Shown here piece by piece: positions 43,632 through 54,033 of a stretch of DNA of 64,000 nt. Every line of letters starts with the position of its first letter. The first letter of the stretch is position 1. The DNA is taken from contig JBJOKS010000012.1 in assembly GCA_046045965.1 (NCBI GenBank), forward strand, positions 74,793 through 138,792. Direction: 5' to 3'. Origin of the DNA: Cyanobacteriota bacterium (GTDB lineage Bacteria > Cyanobacteriota > Cyanobacteriia > Cyanobacteriales > Nostocaceae). The notes beneath the pieces were generated by a model. It searched no databases, was not told the DNA's origin, and was given only the letters and a program-made list of their open reading frames with translations. The position numbers and the translations under genes were made by a program.

Positions 43632-44084
43632 TGGCTTTATATTTTAATTTCTAGAAGCCATAGCGGATTTAAAGAAATCTGCTAAAGCAAAGCACGGTTA
43701 ATGTATATCATTTTTGTTCAAATTATTTTTGTGCTTCTGCTTTCTTGATTCCCTTGATTTTAACCATATCACAACATTTTGCTAATTTACTTGCTAGGCG
43801 CAAATTTTTTAGCTGAATTTTGCTGACAGATTTATTATGTATATTTATGTAACATTTATGAGAAAAAATCAAAAAATTAACTTGTTATCAAACCTGTTCT
43901 GCATCTAGATTAACAGATTAACGTCACAAAACTTCATGAACTTTTTTATATCCAGTTATAAAGAAAATATGTTGAAAATTAGATGATATGAAATATCAAC
44001 TATATAAACATTCATAAGGGAGTGAACGGTTTTCAGATGGGAATATTTCAAAACTTGACGTAATTTCCAACCTGATCATCCAGA

Positions 44085-44510
44085 ATGATAAAGATTACGT
44101 CAGTATCTTGTTCTTTTCAAAAAGGACGAAATTATATGACTAAACAATACCTATCCCCAGATGATTTGCCTACTTATAAAACTACGCAAATCAGTGAAGT
44201 ATTAATGAGTCAACTGGAAGAAGTAACTAAAAAACGCTTTTTCCTAGCGTGCGATAATATGGTACGCGTTTTGTTATCCAGTTGCCATTGGTATTTCAAA
44301 GTTAATGGTGGTATTTTAATGTTAATCATGGTTTGTCATGATATCGAAAGTTACCAAAATATCATGACTACTGTTCCCTATTTAGCGGATAAGTTAAAGC
44401 GGTTTGCTAACAAAGCCAAAATTAGTATCAGTTCCCCAGTTAATAACGGTATCCCTTGGGTAATTAGCATAGATAAGGCTTGGCCAGGAGAAGATTTACC
44501 AACTACTTAA
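44085..44510 (+). CDS. Hypothetical protein, paralog of 39478..39846 (start possibly 44136)
   Basis: Motifs shared with the 39478 ORF. Confidence 0.7.
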   Translation: MIKITSVSCSFQKGRNYMTKQYLSPDDLPTYKTTQISEVLMSQLEEVTKKRFFLACDNMVRVLLSSCHWYFKVNGGILMLIMVCHDIESYQNIMTTVPYLADKLKRFANKAKISISSPVNNGIPWVISIDKAWPGEDLPTT

Positions 44511-44568
44511 TACCTATCAATTAGACCCCCGAATTCTTAAAAAAGTCGGGGATCTACTATATGATTAT

Positions 44569-46497
44569 TTAGGATTCCATCTCTGCTAATTCTAACCAGC
44601 GTTCTGTCGCTACATCAATCGCTTTTTTTAGTGTTTCTACCTGTTCATATAGCTTTTGAACTTGAGTATAATTTCCCGCCGCAACGTTAACTAATGCTTT
44701 TTCTGTTGCTGCTTTTTCATCCTCTAATTGAGTAATTTTACCTTCTAATTGTTCAAATTCTCGTTTTTCCCAATTAGATAACCGACGACGTTTTTTAGTT
44801 TCGGTTTCTGGAGATGGTAATTTTTCCTCAGTGGGATTTTTGGGCTTTTCTTGAGTGTTAGCTACTTCTTGTTGTGCTGCTGCTTCTTCTGCTTTTTTGT
44901 AATCTAAATAAACGGAATAATTACCAGGATATTGCCGTAAATTACCACCTTCTTCTAAAGCAAAGATTGTGTCTACAGTTCTATCTAAAAAATACCGATC
45001 ATGGGAAACTACAATCACACATCCAGCAAAATCTTCTAAATAATCTTCCAAAACTGCTAATGTTTGTACATCTAAATCATTAGTTGGTTCATCTAAAATC
45101 AAAACATTAGGCGCTCCGATGAGCAATCGTAACAGAAATAAACGCCGTTTTTCTCCACCAGAAAGTTTATGAATTGGTGCATATTGCTGATTTCCCGGAA
45201 ATAAAAACCGCTCTAACATTTGGGAAGCAGTAATTTTAGTTCCGTCAGCTATTTTGATAAATTCCCCTTCTTCTTTAATATAATCAATTACGCGCTGATC
45301 TTCATTAACTGCTTCTAGTAATTCTTCAGAATGCTGGTCAAAATAAGCGATATGAATGGTGCTACCAATTTCTACAGTACCGCTATCTGGGGGAATGCGT
45401 CCGGTGATAATATTCATTAAAGTTGATTTACCAGCACCATTACCACCAATAATCCCAATTCTATCTTCGGGACTAAATTCATAGGTGAAATTATTAATTA
45501 AAGTTCTATCATTGTAAGCTTTAGTAATGTGATTGAGTTCAATAACTTTTTTACCAATACGTCGGCCAACTGTGGAAATATCAACTTTACCCTGAGCTTG
45601 TTTAAACTCTGTATCACGCAGTGCATGAGCGCGTTCAATTCTGGCTTTTTGTTTGGTACTTCTAGCTTTAGGTCCACGTTTTAGCCATTCTAATTCCCGA
45701 CGTAATATACCTTGATGTTTACGTTGACTACTCACAGCAGACTCTTCTGCTAAAGCTTTCTTTTCTAGATAATAGGAATAATTCCCTGAATAGGTGTAAA
45801 TATCACCCCGATCAATTTCGATAATTCTATTAGTAACTTTATCTAAAAAATAGCGGTCGTGAGTAATGAGAAATAATGCACCACGAAAACGATTTAAATA
45901 ACTTTGTAACCATTCCACAGATAAAGCATCAAGATGGTTTGTGGGTTCATCCATCAGTAATACATCGGGTTCTGCTAACAAAGCTGTTGCTAGTGCTATG
46001 CGTTTACGATAACCTCCAGATAATGTCCCGACTTTAACATCAAAGTCAGCAATTCCTAATTTAGTGAGAATGATTTTAGCGTTGGTTTCTAATTCCCATG
46101 CACCAGTCGAGTCCATTTTTTGCATGACAGTAGATAAGCGAGACATTAGCTGACTATCTTCGGGATAATGAGCTAATTTATCGGAAAGTTCTTCATATTC
46201 CCGCACTAAATTTGTATGTTCACCGCTATCAGCAAAGACTTGTTCTAAAACTGTGCGGTTTTCATCTACATCTGGCTGTTGGGGTAAGTAGATAATTTTA
46301 GACCCAGAGTTGCTTAAAATTTGACCGCCATCAATTGATTCTAGTCCGGCTATCATTTTTAATAAGGTTGATTTACCGGAACCGTTAGTACCAATTAAGC
46401 CTACTTTATCATTGGCATCTATACTAAATGTAGCATCCTTTAATATTTCTTTGATCCCAAAGTCTTTTTTAACTGACTGTAATGTAATAATACTCAT
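44569..46497 (-). CDS. ABC-F family ATPase (Uup-like; probable start ATG 46497)
   Basis: Two ABC cassettes (GTNGSGKST/LSGG/DEPTN and GGNGAGKST/LSGGE/DEPTN), no TM segments, C-terminal coiled coil. Confidence 0.93.
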   Translation of the reverse strand: MSIITLQSVKKDFGIKEILKDATFSIDANDKVGLIGTNGSGKSTLLKMIAGLESIDGGQILSNSGSKIIYLPQQPDVDENRTVLEQVFADSGEHTNLVREYEELSDKLAHYPEDSQLMSRLSTVMQKMDSTGAWELETNAKIILTKLGIADFDVKVGTLSGGYRKRIALATALLAEPDVLLMDEPTNHLDALSVEWLQSYLNRFRGALFLITHDRYFLDKVTNRIIEIDRGDIYTYSGNYSYYLEKKALAEESAVSSQRKHQGILRRELEWLKRGPKARSTKQKARIERAHALRDTEFKQAQGKVDISTVGRRIGKKVIELNHITKAYNDRTLINNFTYEFSPEDRIGIIGGNGAGKSTLMNIITGRIPPDSGTVEIGSTIHIAYFDQHSEELLEAVNEDQRVIDYIKEEGEFIKIADGTKITASQMLERFLFPGNQQYAPIHKLSGGEKRRLFLLRLLIGAPNVLILDEPTNDLDVQTLAVLEDYLEDFAGCVIVVSHDRYFLDRTVDTIFALEEGGNLRQYPGNYSVYLDYKKAEEAAAQQEVANTQEKPKNPTEEKLPSPETETKKRRRLSNWEKREFEQLEGKITQLEDEKAATEKALVNVAAGNYTQVQKLYEQVETLKKAIDVATERWLELAEMES

Positions 46498-46613
46498 AAA
46501 ATTAGGTAATTGGTAATTGGTAATTGGTAATTGGTGATTGGGTAAGAGGTAATTGGGAAAGAGGTAATTTGTCATGAATGATTTACTGTTACCTGTCACC
46601 TGCCACCTGTCAC

Positions 46614-47033
46614 CTAACTCACAAATAAATCAATAGGTAAATGTCCATACATTTCATTAACTCCCCCCTCTTGATAGGATTGACAAGAAACTAATACTCC
46701 GCGATGATGACCAGCATAGGAATCTAAATAACACAGTCCATTTTTACCGTTTAATTTGATATAAACTGGACCTTCTGGGTGGGGTAAATTATCTGGTGCT
46801 TGATAACCGAAAGCTTGAGAATAGGTTTTCATTGCCAAAATTCCTTCTTCGGCTGTCTCAGCACAAATACCTAAAATTTGGTAGTCAGAAAGGCTAGTGA
46901 GTAAAATTATAGCTTCACGGGTTAAAGCTTTTTCTAATGGCTTGAGAATAGGTGCTATATCTAAGCAGTTGAATTTGTTGAGGATTTTTTTAGCTTCTGA
47001 GACGGTGAGGTTTGTGTGATTAGAAGTTGACAT
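46614..47033 (-). CDS. DUF1824 family protein
   Basis: LGICA, GPVYIKLN, RGVLVSCQ and YGHLP.DLF. Confidence 0.85.
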   Translation of the reverse strand: MSTSNHTNLTVSEAKKILNKFNCLDIAPILKPLEKALTREAIILLTSLSDYQILGICAETAEEGILAMKTYSQAFGYQAPDNLPHPEGPVYIKLNGKNGLCYLDSYAGHHRGVLVSCQSYQEGGVNEMYGHLPIDLFVS

Positions 47034-47251
47034 ATATTTTGTTTATTCTTGCTCCAGTTTTTGGTGTGTTAACAAGGTGAGACTTGCTCACCTTACGAGT
47101 ATTTTTGACTAAGCATTCAGCGTAAACCGACCAGCAGTGAGCTTTTTAAAGCTTACACCCAAACTCACTATTTGATAATCTACCGCTTTATCAAACATTC
47201 TGACTCCTGACTCCTGACTCCTGAATTCTTACATTTTTGATACAGATCAAG

Positions 47252-48100
47252 TCAAGATTGGTTTGACATCTTCCCTAAGTTGAAAATGAAGGGTATGCTA
47301 CCTTGGGAACCTTCACCCATAACTAGCACATTTGGCATTTGTGCGCCACCTGTTTTCCAAGCTTCAATTGCTTCTTTTTGTAAAACTAATTGTCCTCCTT
47401 GAGCTTTGAGAGTTTCTGCTAAGAGTCTTTGAGCTTCGGCTTTACCTTTAGCGCGATTAATTTCAGCTAGGGCTTCTTGTTCGGCTTCTCTGGCTATATA
47501 GACGGCTCTTTGCGCTCGCTGTTCCGCAATTTGTTTTTCTTCAACTGCTCGCGCAAATTCTGGTGAAAACGTCAGGTCAACTACGCTCGTATCTAATACA
47601 ATTATCCCATATTTCTCTAAGCGATCGCCTAATGCTGTATCAAAATCCTCTTTTAATTCACTTCTTTTAGTAATTGCTTCTTCTACTGTGCGTCTTGCTG
47701 CTGCTATTTTAAATGCTTCCTGAGTCTGAGGAGCAATAATTTTAGAAACAATATTTTCTAATGTTCCTTGTTTTCTTCTGACTTGAACTACTTGGATCGG
47801 ATCAAGGCGAAAGTTAATAGCAAATCTCGCAGTTAAATTTTGCAAATCTTTGGTAGAACTTTCTGCGGGAACTTCAAATTTTTGCACCGTTAAATCATAC
47901 ACATCTATCACTGAGATAAATGGTGGTTTAATGTGAATACCTTCTGTTAAAGCACCGTCTCTAGCTTTTCCCAAGATGCTAATCACTCCCGCTTGTCCAG
48001 GATTTATAATCACAAAGGAATTTAAAGTCAAAATTACTAATATTGCCGCTATTATTCCTATAATTGAAGTCTGTAAATTTCCCAGTTGTTGATTTTTCAA
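47252..48100 (-). CDS. Prohibitin / SPFH band-7 protein
   Basis: N-terminal TM; SSTKDLQ and FSPEFARAVEEKQIAEQ. Confidence 0.92.
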   Translation of the reverse strand: MKNQQLGNLQTSIIGIIAAILVILTLNSFVIINPGQAGVISILGKARDGALTEGIHIKPPFISVIDVYDLTVQKFEVPAESSTKDLQNLTARFAINFRLDPIQVVQVRRKQGTLENIVSKIIAPQTQEAFKIAAARRTVEEAITKRSELKEDFDTALGDRLEKYGIIVLDTSVVDLTFSPEFARAVEEKQIAEQRAQRAVYIAREAEQEALAEINRAKGKAEAQRLLAETLKAQGGQLVLQKEAIEAWKTGGAQMPNVLVMGEGSQGSIPFIFNLGKMSNQS

Positions 48101-48237
48101 AGTTTTATCTCCTTGTTATATACAGATTTGTGAGTAAAATAACACAAATTAAGTTAATTAAAACTAAGATTTACCCAGTATTTAGATTTTTAATGACAAT
48201 TTGGCTCAAAATAACTGAAAAATATCTATTTTTAACC

Positions 48238-48387
48238 GGGAGCATCCCAAATATGTAAGTTTATTTTTTTATTGAGGCCAAGACATGAAAAGAACGAACC
48301 ACGAAGGGACGAAGGACACGAAGGAAAGAAAGTTTTAGAGAGATTTTGCAGTGGCCAAGTTTATTTTTTCCAAATTGGGATGCTCCC
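48238..48387. mobile_element. 150-bp MITE-like element
   Basis: 13-bp TIR gggagcatcccaa/ttgggatgctccc; near-duplicated flanks tttttaacc/tttttaaac. Confidence 0.75.
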
Positions 48388-48496
48388 TTTTTAAACTAGG
48401 TTTTTTAAAATACACCGCTAGTAATATAATTCTCTTGCTCAGGAATCAGGATGAAGATACATAATTTATGGTAATATTGGCTGCACGCGACTTTAA

Positions 48497-50311
48497 ATGG
48501 CTGTGGCTACAGGAATCAAATCTCACAAAGCATCAAGAAGGCGTAGGCATTCTGTACATCCTCTGCAACGTCTGCTTGACTATGGACATGAATATCAACG
48601 ACAAATTTGGTTAGCTGCTGGTGCTTCTATCCTCAATAAAGTTTTTGACCTAGCACCACCGGCTTTAATTGGTATTGCGGTGGATGTGGTTGTTAAACAA
48701 CAAGATTCTATCATTGCCCAGTTAGGTATTAAAAATATTTCTGGACAATTTGCTGTTTTATCATTTCTCACAGTCGTTACTTGGATTTTAGAGTCATTTT
48801 TTGAGTATCGTTACAAGTTACTGTGGCGGAATTTGGGGCAGAATATTCAGCATAATTTACGTCTGGATGCTTATAAACACCTGCAAGAGTTGGAATTGGC
48901 TTATTTTGAAGAACGTAGTACGGGTGGTTTGATGTCTATCCTCAGTGATGATGTTAACCAACTAGAGCGTTTTTTGGATGTGGGTGCAAATGATCTGATC
49001 CAAGTAATTACAACTATTGTAATTATTGGTGGTGCATTTTTTATTTTAGCTCCTGGTGTAGCATGGCTGGCCATGTTACCTATGCCCTTTATTCTAGTGG
49101 GTTCAGTCGCTTTTCAGAAATTACTTGCTCCCCGCTATGCTGAAGTCAGAGAAAAGGTAGGTTTACTTAATGGCAGATTATCTAATAATCTGAGTGGGAT
49201 TACTACTATTAAAAGTTTTACATCTGAAGATTATGAAGCGGCGCGAGTAGAATTAGAAAGTAATGCCTATCGCGTCAGTAATGCGAAAGCAATTGCTTTT
49301 TCTGCGGCTTATATTCCCATTATTAGAATGTTGATTTTGGCAGCATTTACAGTATTGTTGATTTTTGGGGGAATGCAAGTAATTGCAGGTAAATTAGCAG
49401 TTGGAGCTTATAGTTCTTTAGTGTTTTTAGTGCAATTGTTATTGTGGCCTTTAACCAGATTAGGAGATACTTTTGATCTATATCAAAGGGCAATGGCTTC
49501 TACTAATCGAGTCATGGATTTGTTAGATACTCCGATTGAGATTCATACAGGAAATATTAATTTACCTGTGGATTTAGTGCGCGGTGCAGTGGAGTTTCAA
49601 AATGTGACTTTTGCTTATAAAGATAGACCACCAGTAATTAAAAATCTATCTTTAGAAATTCCAGCGGGAAATACCATTGCTATTGTTGGTTCTACTGGTT
49701 CAGGAAAAAGCACGTTAGTTAAACTTTTGCTGCGATTTTATGAAGCCCAACATGGTAAAATTATTCTTGATGGTGTGAATTTACAAAGTTTGAATTTACG
49801 AGATTTACGTCGTTGTATTGGTTTGGTCAGTCAGGATGTGTTTTTATTTCATGGTACTGTAGCGGAAAATATCGCCTATGGCACATTTGACGCTTCCGAG
49901 GAAGATATCATCATGGCCGCAAAAGTGGCAGAAGCTGATGATTTTATTATGCGGTTGCCCCAAGGTTATGAGACAATTGTGGGAGAGCGTGGTCAAAAGT
50001 TATCTGGTGGACAGAAACAACGCATTGCGATCGCTCGTGCTGTTCTCAAAAATCCCCCAATTCTGATCTTGGATGAAGCGACATCCGCAGTGGATAATGA
50101 AACAGAAGCAGCTATTCAGCGTTCTCTAGAAAGGATAACAGTCAATCGCACCACAATAGCGATCGCACATCGTCTTTCTACTATCCGCAATGCTGATTGC
50201 ATTTATGTCATGGAACATGGACAATTAGTAGAGTCAGGAACCCATGAACAACTGTTGGAGAAAGATGGCGTTTACACCAATCTCTGGCGTGTACAATCCG
50301 GGTTAAGATAG
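48497..50311 (+). CDS. ABC exporter, fused permease and ATPase
   Basis: TM domain; [22 protein letters not shown] and AHRLST. Confidence 0.93.
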   Translation: MAVATGIKSHKASRRRRHSVHPLQRLLDYGHEYQRQIWLAAGASILNKVFDLAPPALIGIAVDVVVKQQDSIIAQLGIKNISGQFAVLSFLTVVTWILESFFEYRYKLLWRNLGQNIQHNLRLDAYKHLQELELAYFEERSTGGLMSILSDDVNQLERFLDVGANDLIQVITTIVIIGGAFFILAPGVAWLAMLPMPFILVGSVAFQKLLAPRYAEVREKVGLLNGRLSNNLSGITTIKSFTSEDYEAARVELESNAYRVSNAKAIAFSAAYIPIIRMLILAAFTVLLIFGGMQVIAGKLAVGAYSSLVFLVQLLLWPLTRLGDTFDLYQRAMASTNRVMDLLDTPIEIHTGNINLPVDLVRGAVEFQNVTFAYKDRPPVIKNLSLEIPAGNTIAIVGSTGSGKSTLVKLLLRFYEAQHGKIILDGVNLQSLNLRDLRRCIGLVSQDVFLFHGTVAENIAYGTFDASEEDIIMAAKVAEADDFIMRLPQGYETIVGERGQKLSGGQKQRIAIARAVLKNPPILILDEATSAVDNETEAAIQRSLERITVNRTTIAIAHRLSTIRNADCIYVMEHGQLVESGTHEQLLEKDGVYTNLWRVQSGLR

Positions 50312-50317
50312 ATTTTA

Positions 50318-50358
<41 letters not shown>

Positions 50359-50494
50359 ATGGCTAACGCCACGCTATGCTATCAGAATTTTAATAATTAA
50401 AAAAAATAATTAATTATATTTATCACCAATCACCAATCACCAATTACCAATCACCAATTACCAATTACCAATTACCAATTACCAATTACCAAGT

Positions 50495-50938
50495 ATGTTT
50501 AGTAATACCAAACCAGAAACAGGGGATACCAAGTGGCGGAGACAATTAGATAAATTTGTCAAAGAAAATCAACAAGAATTAGCCGCTTTATTTTGGGGAT
50601 TGTGGTTAGAAAATGGCGACAGTCAGGGAACTATTGGCATTGATTTACAACCACAGCCGCATTTTGTTTATTGTCCCCAAGAAACTGTAGAAAAATTAAA
50701 TGAGCGAGTGGAAAACCGACTGCAAGAACTTCTGGGAATTATTGATAATAATAAACCAGAAACAGAAGTTTTGATGATTGGTATTGGTAAGGGGGAAATT
50801 AAGTTAATTCAATTTGCACCTGAACCAGCACCACAGGTTTGTTTTGAGCAAGTTGGTAAGGATGTGGATACTTTATTGGAATTGCTCGAACAAAAGATGA
50901 GTCAAGATTTAGAAAGTATAATTGGAGAAAATAAATAA
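50495..50938 (+). CDS. ccmS: Beta-carboxysome assembly chaperone CcmS
   Basis: WRRQLDKFVKENQQELAAL.WG and GIDLQPQPHFVYCP; close to ccmK3/K4. Confidence 0.75.
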   Translation: MFSNTKPETGDTKWRRQLDKFVKENQQELAALFWGLWLENGDSQGTIGIDLQPQPHFVYCPQETVEKLNERVENRLQELLGIIDNNKPETEVLMIGIGKGEIKLIQFAPEPAPQVCFEQVGKDVDTLLELLEQKMSQDLESIIGENK

Positions 50939-51501
50939 TGGCTAACAAACGTCTTGCTGATTTATTACAAGAAGAAGCTCAAAAATTTACACCCTCTCCA
51001 GGTGAAGCTGCGATTGAAGTTACTGCTGAAAAGGTGATTGAAACAAATATTTCTGCATCTGAAGAAACCGCAGTACAAACACCATCTGCAACTTCAGCTA
51101 AACGCACAACTCCTACTAAAGCAGATTTAGAAGTCACTATTAAAGACTTGAAAGAAACTCTAGAAAAATCCCAGAATAAAACAGTTTCTCTGCAACGGAC
51201 AATCTCTGATTTAGAAACCGCTTTATCTGAACAGAAAGCTTTAGCAGAAAAGTTGAATAAAGAGCTTTATGAAACTAAGAAAACAGCACTTCAATTAGCA
51301 GAATCTAACTCTAAGTTAATAGAAGAAAATAATGAATTAAAAAATAAACCTGTCAAAGAACCTGTCAAAGAACCTGTTAAAGAAATGTCCAAATCTTTAT
51401 CCATTAATCCCAAAAAATCACATAGATCACCTGAAAGACTGCAAGAAAAACCCACCCAAGCTAATGATGATTTTGCCGATAAAACCTGGTTGTACGATTA
51501 G
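50938..51501 (+). CDS. Coiled-coil protein, McdB-like (carboxysome positioning)
   Basis: Charged N-terminus KRLADLLQEE, disordered linker, central coiled coil, Trp fourth from the end (TWLYD); overlaps the ccmS stop. Confidence 0.6.
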   Translation: MANKRLADLLQEEAQKFTPSPGEAAIEVTAEKVIETNISASEETAVQTPSATSAKRTTPTKADLEVTIKDLKETLEKSQNKTVSLQRTISDLETALSEQKALAEKLNKELYETKKTALQLAESNSKLIEENNELKNKPVKEPVKEPVKEMSKSLSINPKKSHRSPERLQEKPTQANDDFADKTWLYD

Positions 51502-51529
51502 AGTTGCATCTGGAAATTCTCCCGAAATT

Positions 51530-52420
51530 CTACCGAAAATCTAAAATATGTTGAGCAGTAATTTCTGCTTGTTCCAAGTGGGGAATATGTCCACAATCTT
51601 TAATCCAGATTAGCTGACTTTGGGGAATTGATTTTTTAAACTTGGGAGCATCCCCAGTTCCCAGAATTTTATCACTATCACCCCACAAAATCAGCGTTGA
51701 CTGGGCAATTTTTGCCAACTGCTGAAATTTAAAAGCACTATAACCACCACTTTTAGTAAAAGCAATCAACGCTTGATTCCAATTAGGCATTTTTAGGTGT
51801 AAATCACCACAGCACAAAGCATCTTGGTTGATTAAATTTGGGTTTTTATAAGCAGAACGACAAATGCGATCGCGCACTTTGGGATTCCGTAAAAACTCCG
51901 CTGCTAAATTATATAACTGGGGAATCATTAATTTACTCAAAGCCGAACCGCCCTTCAACCCCGCACTATCAATTAATACGAGTTTCTGTACAACTTCTGG
52001 GTAAGTCAGGGTAAAATCAATAGCCGCAGCACCACCCATAGAAGCACCCACCAAAATCACAGGTTGGTTAATCAGGGTTTTCCAGAAATAATAGAGATGG
52101 GTTTTAATAGCTAGAGGACTATATGCAATATCCGGTTGTCTGTCTGTAAAACCAAAACCCAATAAATCTACAGCCCAAGTTTCATTATCTTCAGCCAGCA
52201 GGGGTACAAGCCGCCGAAACTCTAAAATCGAACTGTCAAAACCATGAACTAATAAAATTGGTGTACCTCCACTACCCTGATGTAAGTAAGTAGTGGTAAT
52301 TGATTCTGGACTTAAAGGAGTAGCGATCGCTTGACTTTGGATACTTTGAGCCAAAGCGATAGAAGTGGGTTCTGTCAGTTGCCCAACGGCAGCGGGTAAA
52401 AAACTTGGAAACATAAACAT
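51530..52420 (-). CDS. Alpha/beta hydrolase
   Basis: HGFDSS, GASMGG nucleophile elbow and GHIPH. Confidence 0.92.
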   Translation of the reverse strand: MFMFPSFLPAAVGQLTEPTSIALAQSIQSQAIATPLSPESITTTYLHQGSGGTPILLVHGFDSSILEFRRLVPLLAEDNETWAVDLLGFGFTDRQPDIAYSPLAIKTHLYYFWKTLINQPVILVGASMGGAAAIDFTLTYPEVVQKLVLIDSAGLKGGSALSKLMIPQLYNLAAEFLRNPKVRDRICRSAYKNPNLINQDALCCGDLHLKMPNWNQALIAFTKSGGYSAFKFQQLAKIAQSTLILWGDSDKILGTGDAPKFKKSIPQSQLIWIKDCGHIPHLEQAEITAQHILDFR

Positions 52421-52541
52421 TAGTTTACATCATCCTCGCCCCTGACTACTGACAAAAAGAAAATTTTCCCAAATGAAAAAATGGGAACCAAAGCCTCGTA
52501 CAATAAATATCACTTATTCCGGATTTCAGGAGAGTCAGTCC

Positions 52542-52853
52542 ATGCCAATGGCGGTTGGCGTAATTGAAACTTTAGGTTTTCCCTGTGTACTAGCAGCAGC
52601 AGACGCAATGGTTAAATCTGCCGCTGTCACAATCGTATATTATGGCATCGCAGAAAGCGGACGCTTGTTAGTCGCAGTTAGGGGACACGTTGCAGAAGTG
52701 AAAACAGCAGTTGCAGCGGGAATTGCTTCTGGAGAGGAAGTTTATGGTGGTCAAGTTATCACTCATTATATAGTTCCCAATCCCCCGGAAAATGTGGAAA
52801 CAATTCTACCCATCCATTTCACTTCCAAATCTGAGCCTTTCCGTGCCTTCTAG
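52542..52853 (+). CDS. ccmK3: Carboxysome shell protein CcmK3 (probable start ATG 52542)
   Basis: BMC domain [20 protein letters not shown]; first gene of the K3-K4 pair. Confidence 0.9.
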   Translation: MPMAVGVIETLGFPCVLAAADAMVKSAAVTIVYYGIAESGRLLVAVRGHVAEVKTAVAAGIASGEEVYGGQVITHYIVPNPPENVETILPIHFTSKSEPFRAF

Positions 52854-52935
52854 GTAAGTTTGCTTTCAAAGTTAGCAGCACAGATTCGTCAAATGAACTT
52901 GTAGCAGATAATTTTATTCATAAAGGAGATTAATA

Positions 52936-53286
52936 ATGTCACTACAGGCAGTTGGAGCATTAGAAACAAAGGGTTTTCCCGCAGTCCTAGCAGCAGCAGA
53001 CGCGATGGTAAAAGCTGGCCGAGTCACCCTGGTTGGTTACATCAGAGTTGGTAGCGCCCGGTTTACAGTCAATATCCGTGGTGACGTTTCTGAAGTCAAG
53101 GCGGCTATGGCTGCTGGTGTAGAAGCCGCAGAAAACGTTTATGGTGGTACTCTCGAATCCTGGGTAATTATTCCCCGTCCCCATGAAAACGTCGAAGCGG
53201 TTCTCCCTATCGCTTACACCAATGAAGTCCAGCAGTATCGAGACTCTGTAGAAAATCCTATTGTCAGATCATCCAACGACAGATAA
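52936..53286 (+). CDS. ccmK4: Carboxysome shell protein CcmK4
   Basis: BMC domain with GSARF pore motif and IIPRPHENV. Confidence 0.92.
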   Translation: MSLQAVGALETKGFPAVLAAADAMVKAGRVTLVGYIRVGSARFTVNIRGDVSEVKAAMAAGVEAAENVYGGTLESWVIIPRPHENVEAVLPIAYTNEVQQYRDSVENPIVRSSNDR

Positions 53287-53296
53287 ATAAAGGGAA

Positions 53297-53364
53297 TAGG
53301 TGACAGGTGACAGGTGACAGGTGACAGGTGACAGGTGACAGGTGACAGGTGACAGGTGACAGGT
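53297..53364. repeat. STRR (GGTGACA)n; similar arrays near 3619, 9373, 9660, 22264, 25270, 46505, 50318, 50423 and 58233
   Basis: Tandem 7-mers visible. Confidence 0.9.
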
Positions 53365-53512
53365 AGAAAGTGATTCTCTCATTTCGCCAATCCCCAAATC
53401 CTACACCCTACAACCTGTTATTGACTACAACTTCTTATTCTTAAAAAAGTATTCAACCATGATGAATTTCTAGTTTGATGACTGCTATAGCCAGAAAGAA
53501 TTACTCAAAGGC

Positions 53513-53528
53513 TGTGATCTACGTCACA
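53513..53528. promoter_or_regulatory. CRP-family binding site TGTGA-N6-TCACA
   Basis: Perfect consensus tgtgatctacgtcaca in the long intergenic region before the HetZ-like gene. Confidence 0.7.
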
Positions 53529-54033
53529 GTACCCCTATAGCCTACTTATAGTAATATTCTGAATACTGAATTAATTAGGAGTTTAGCCCTTTTACCAAAG
53601 TAGCTCCTTACCTTTGTGGAGACATTATATTTGGATTCAAAAATCTAAAGCTTTGGTTAATTTTGCTTTTCAATTTCACTATTTGTGAAAAGATTTAATT
53701 TTCAGGGTATCGATAGAATCGTTGCTTTTATGAATGAAGTGTAAACTGCCAAACTACTTTACTTTTCTTATTTTCTAACAAATATCAAGACTTGTAAAGA
53801 AGTTTAATCAAAAATAACTACAGAAAGTTGAAACTTACACAGGTAAATATTCGTCACAGATAGTGACCAATGATTTTTCCCTGGGGATGGAAAAAGCAAA
53901 ATACCTAAACTAAAAATTCATGGATTATTTTAGTGAAGCAAAACTTAATAAAAAATCATGACAGAGATTTTTTGATAAGTAGTTTCAGGATTTTGAGAAC
54001 AGGGGCAGCTATTAGTTAATAATTTAAGTTGGG

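Noticed and set aside
46498..46599. N-terminal extension of the ABC-F protein (NYQLPITN...)
   Set aside because: Translated STRR upstream of the likely real start at 46497
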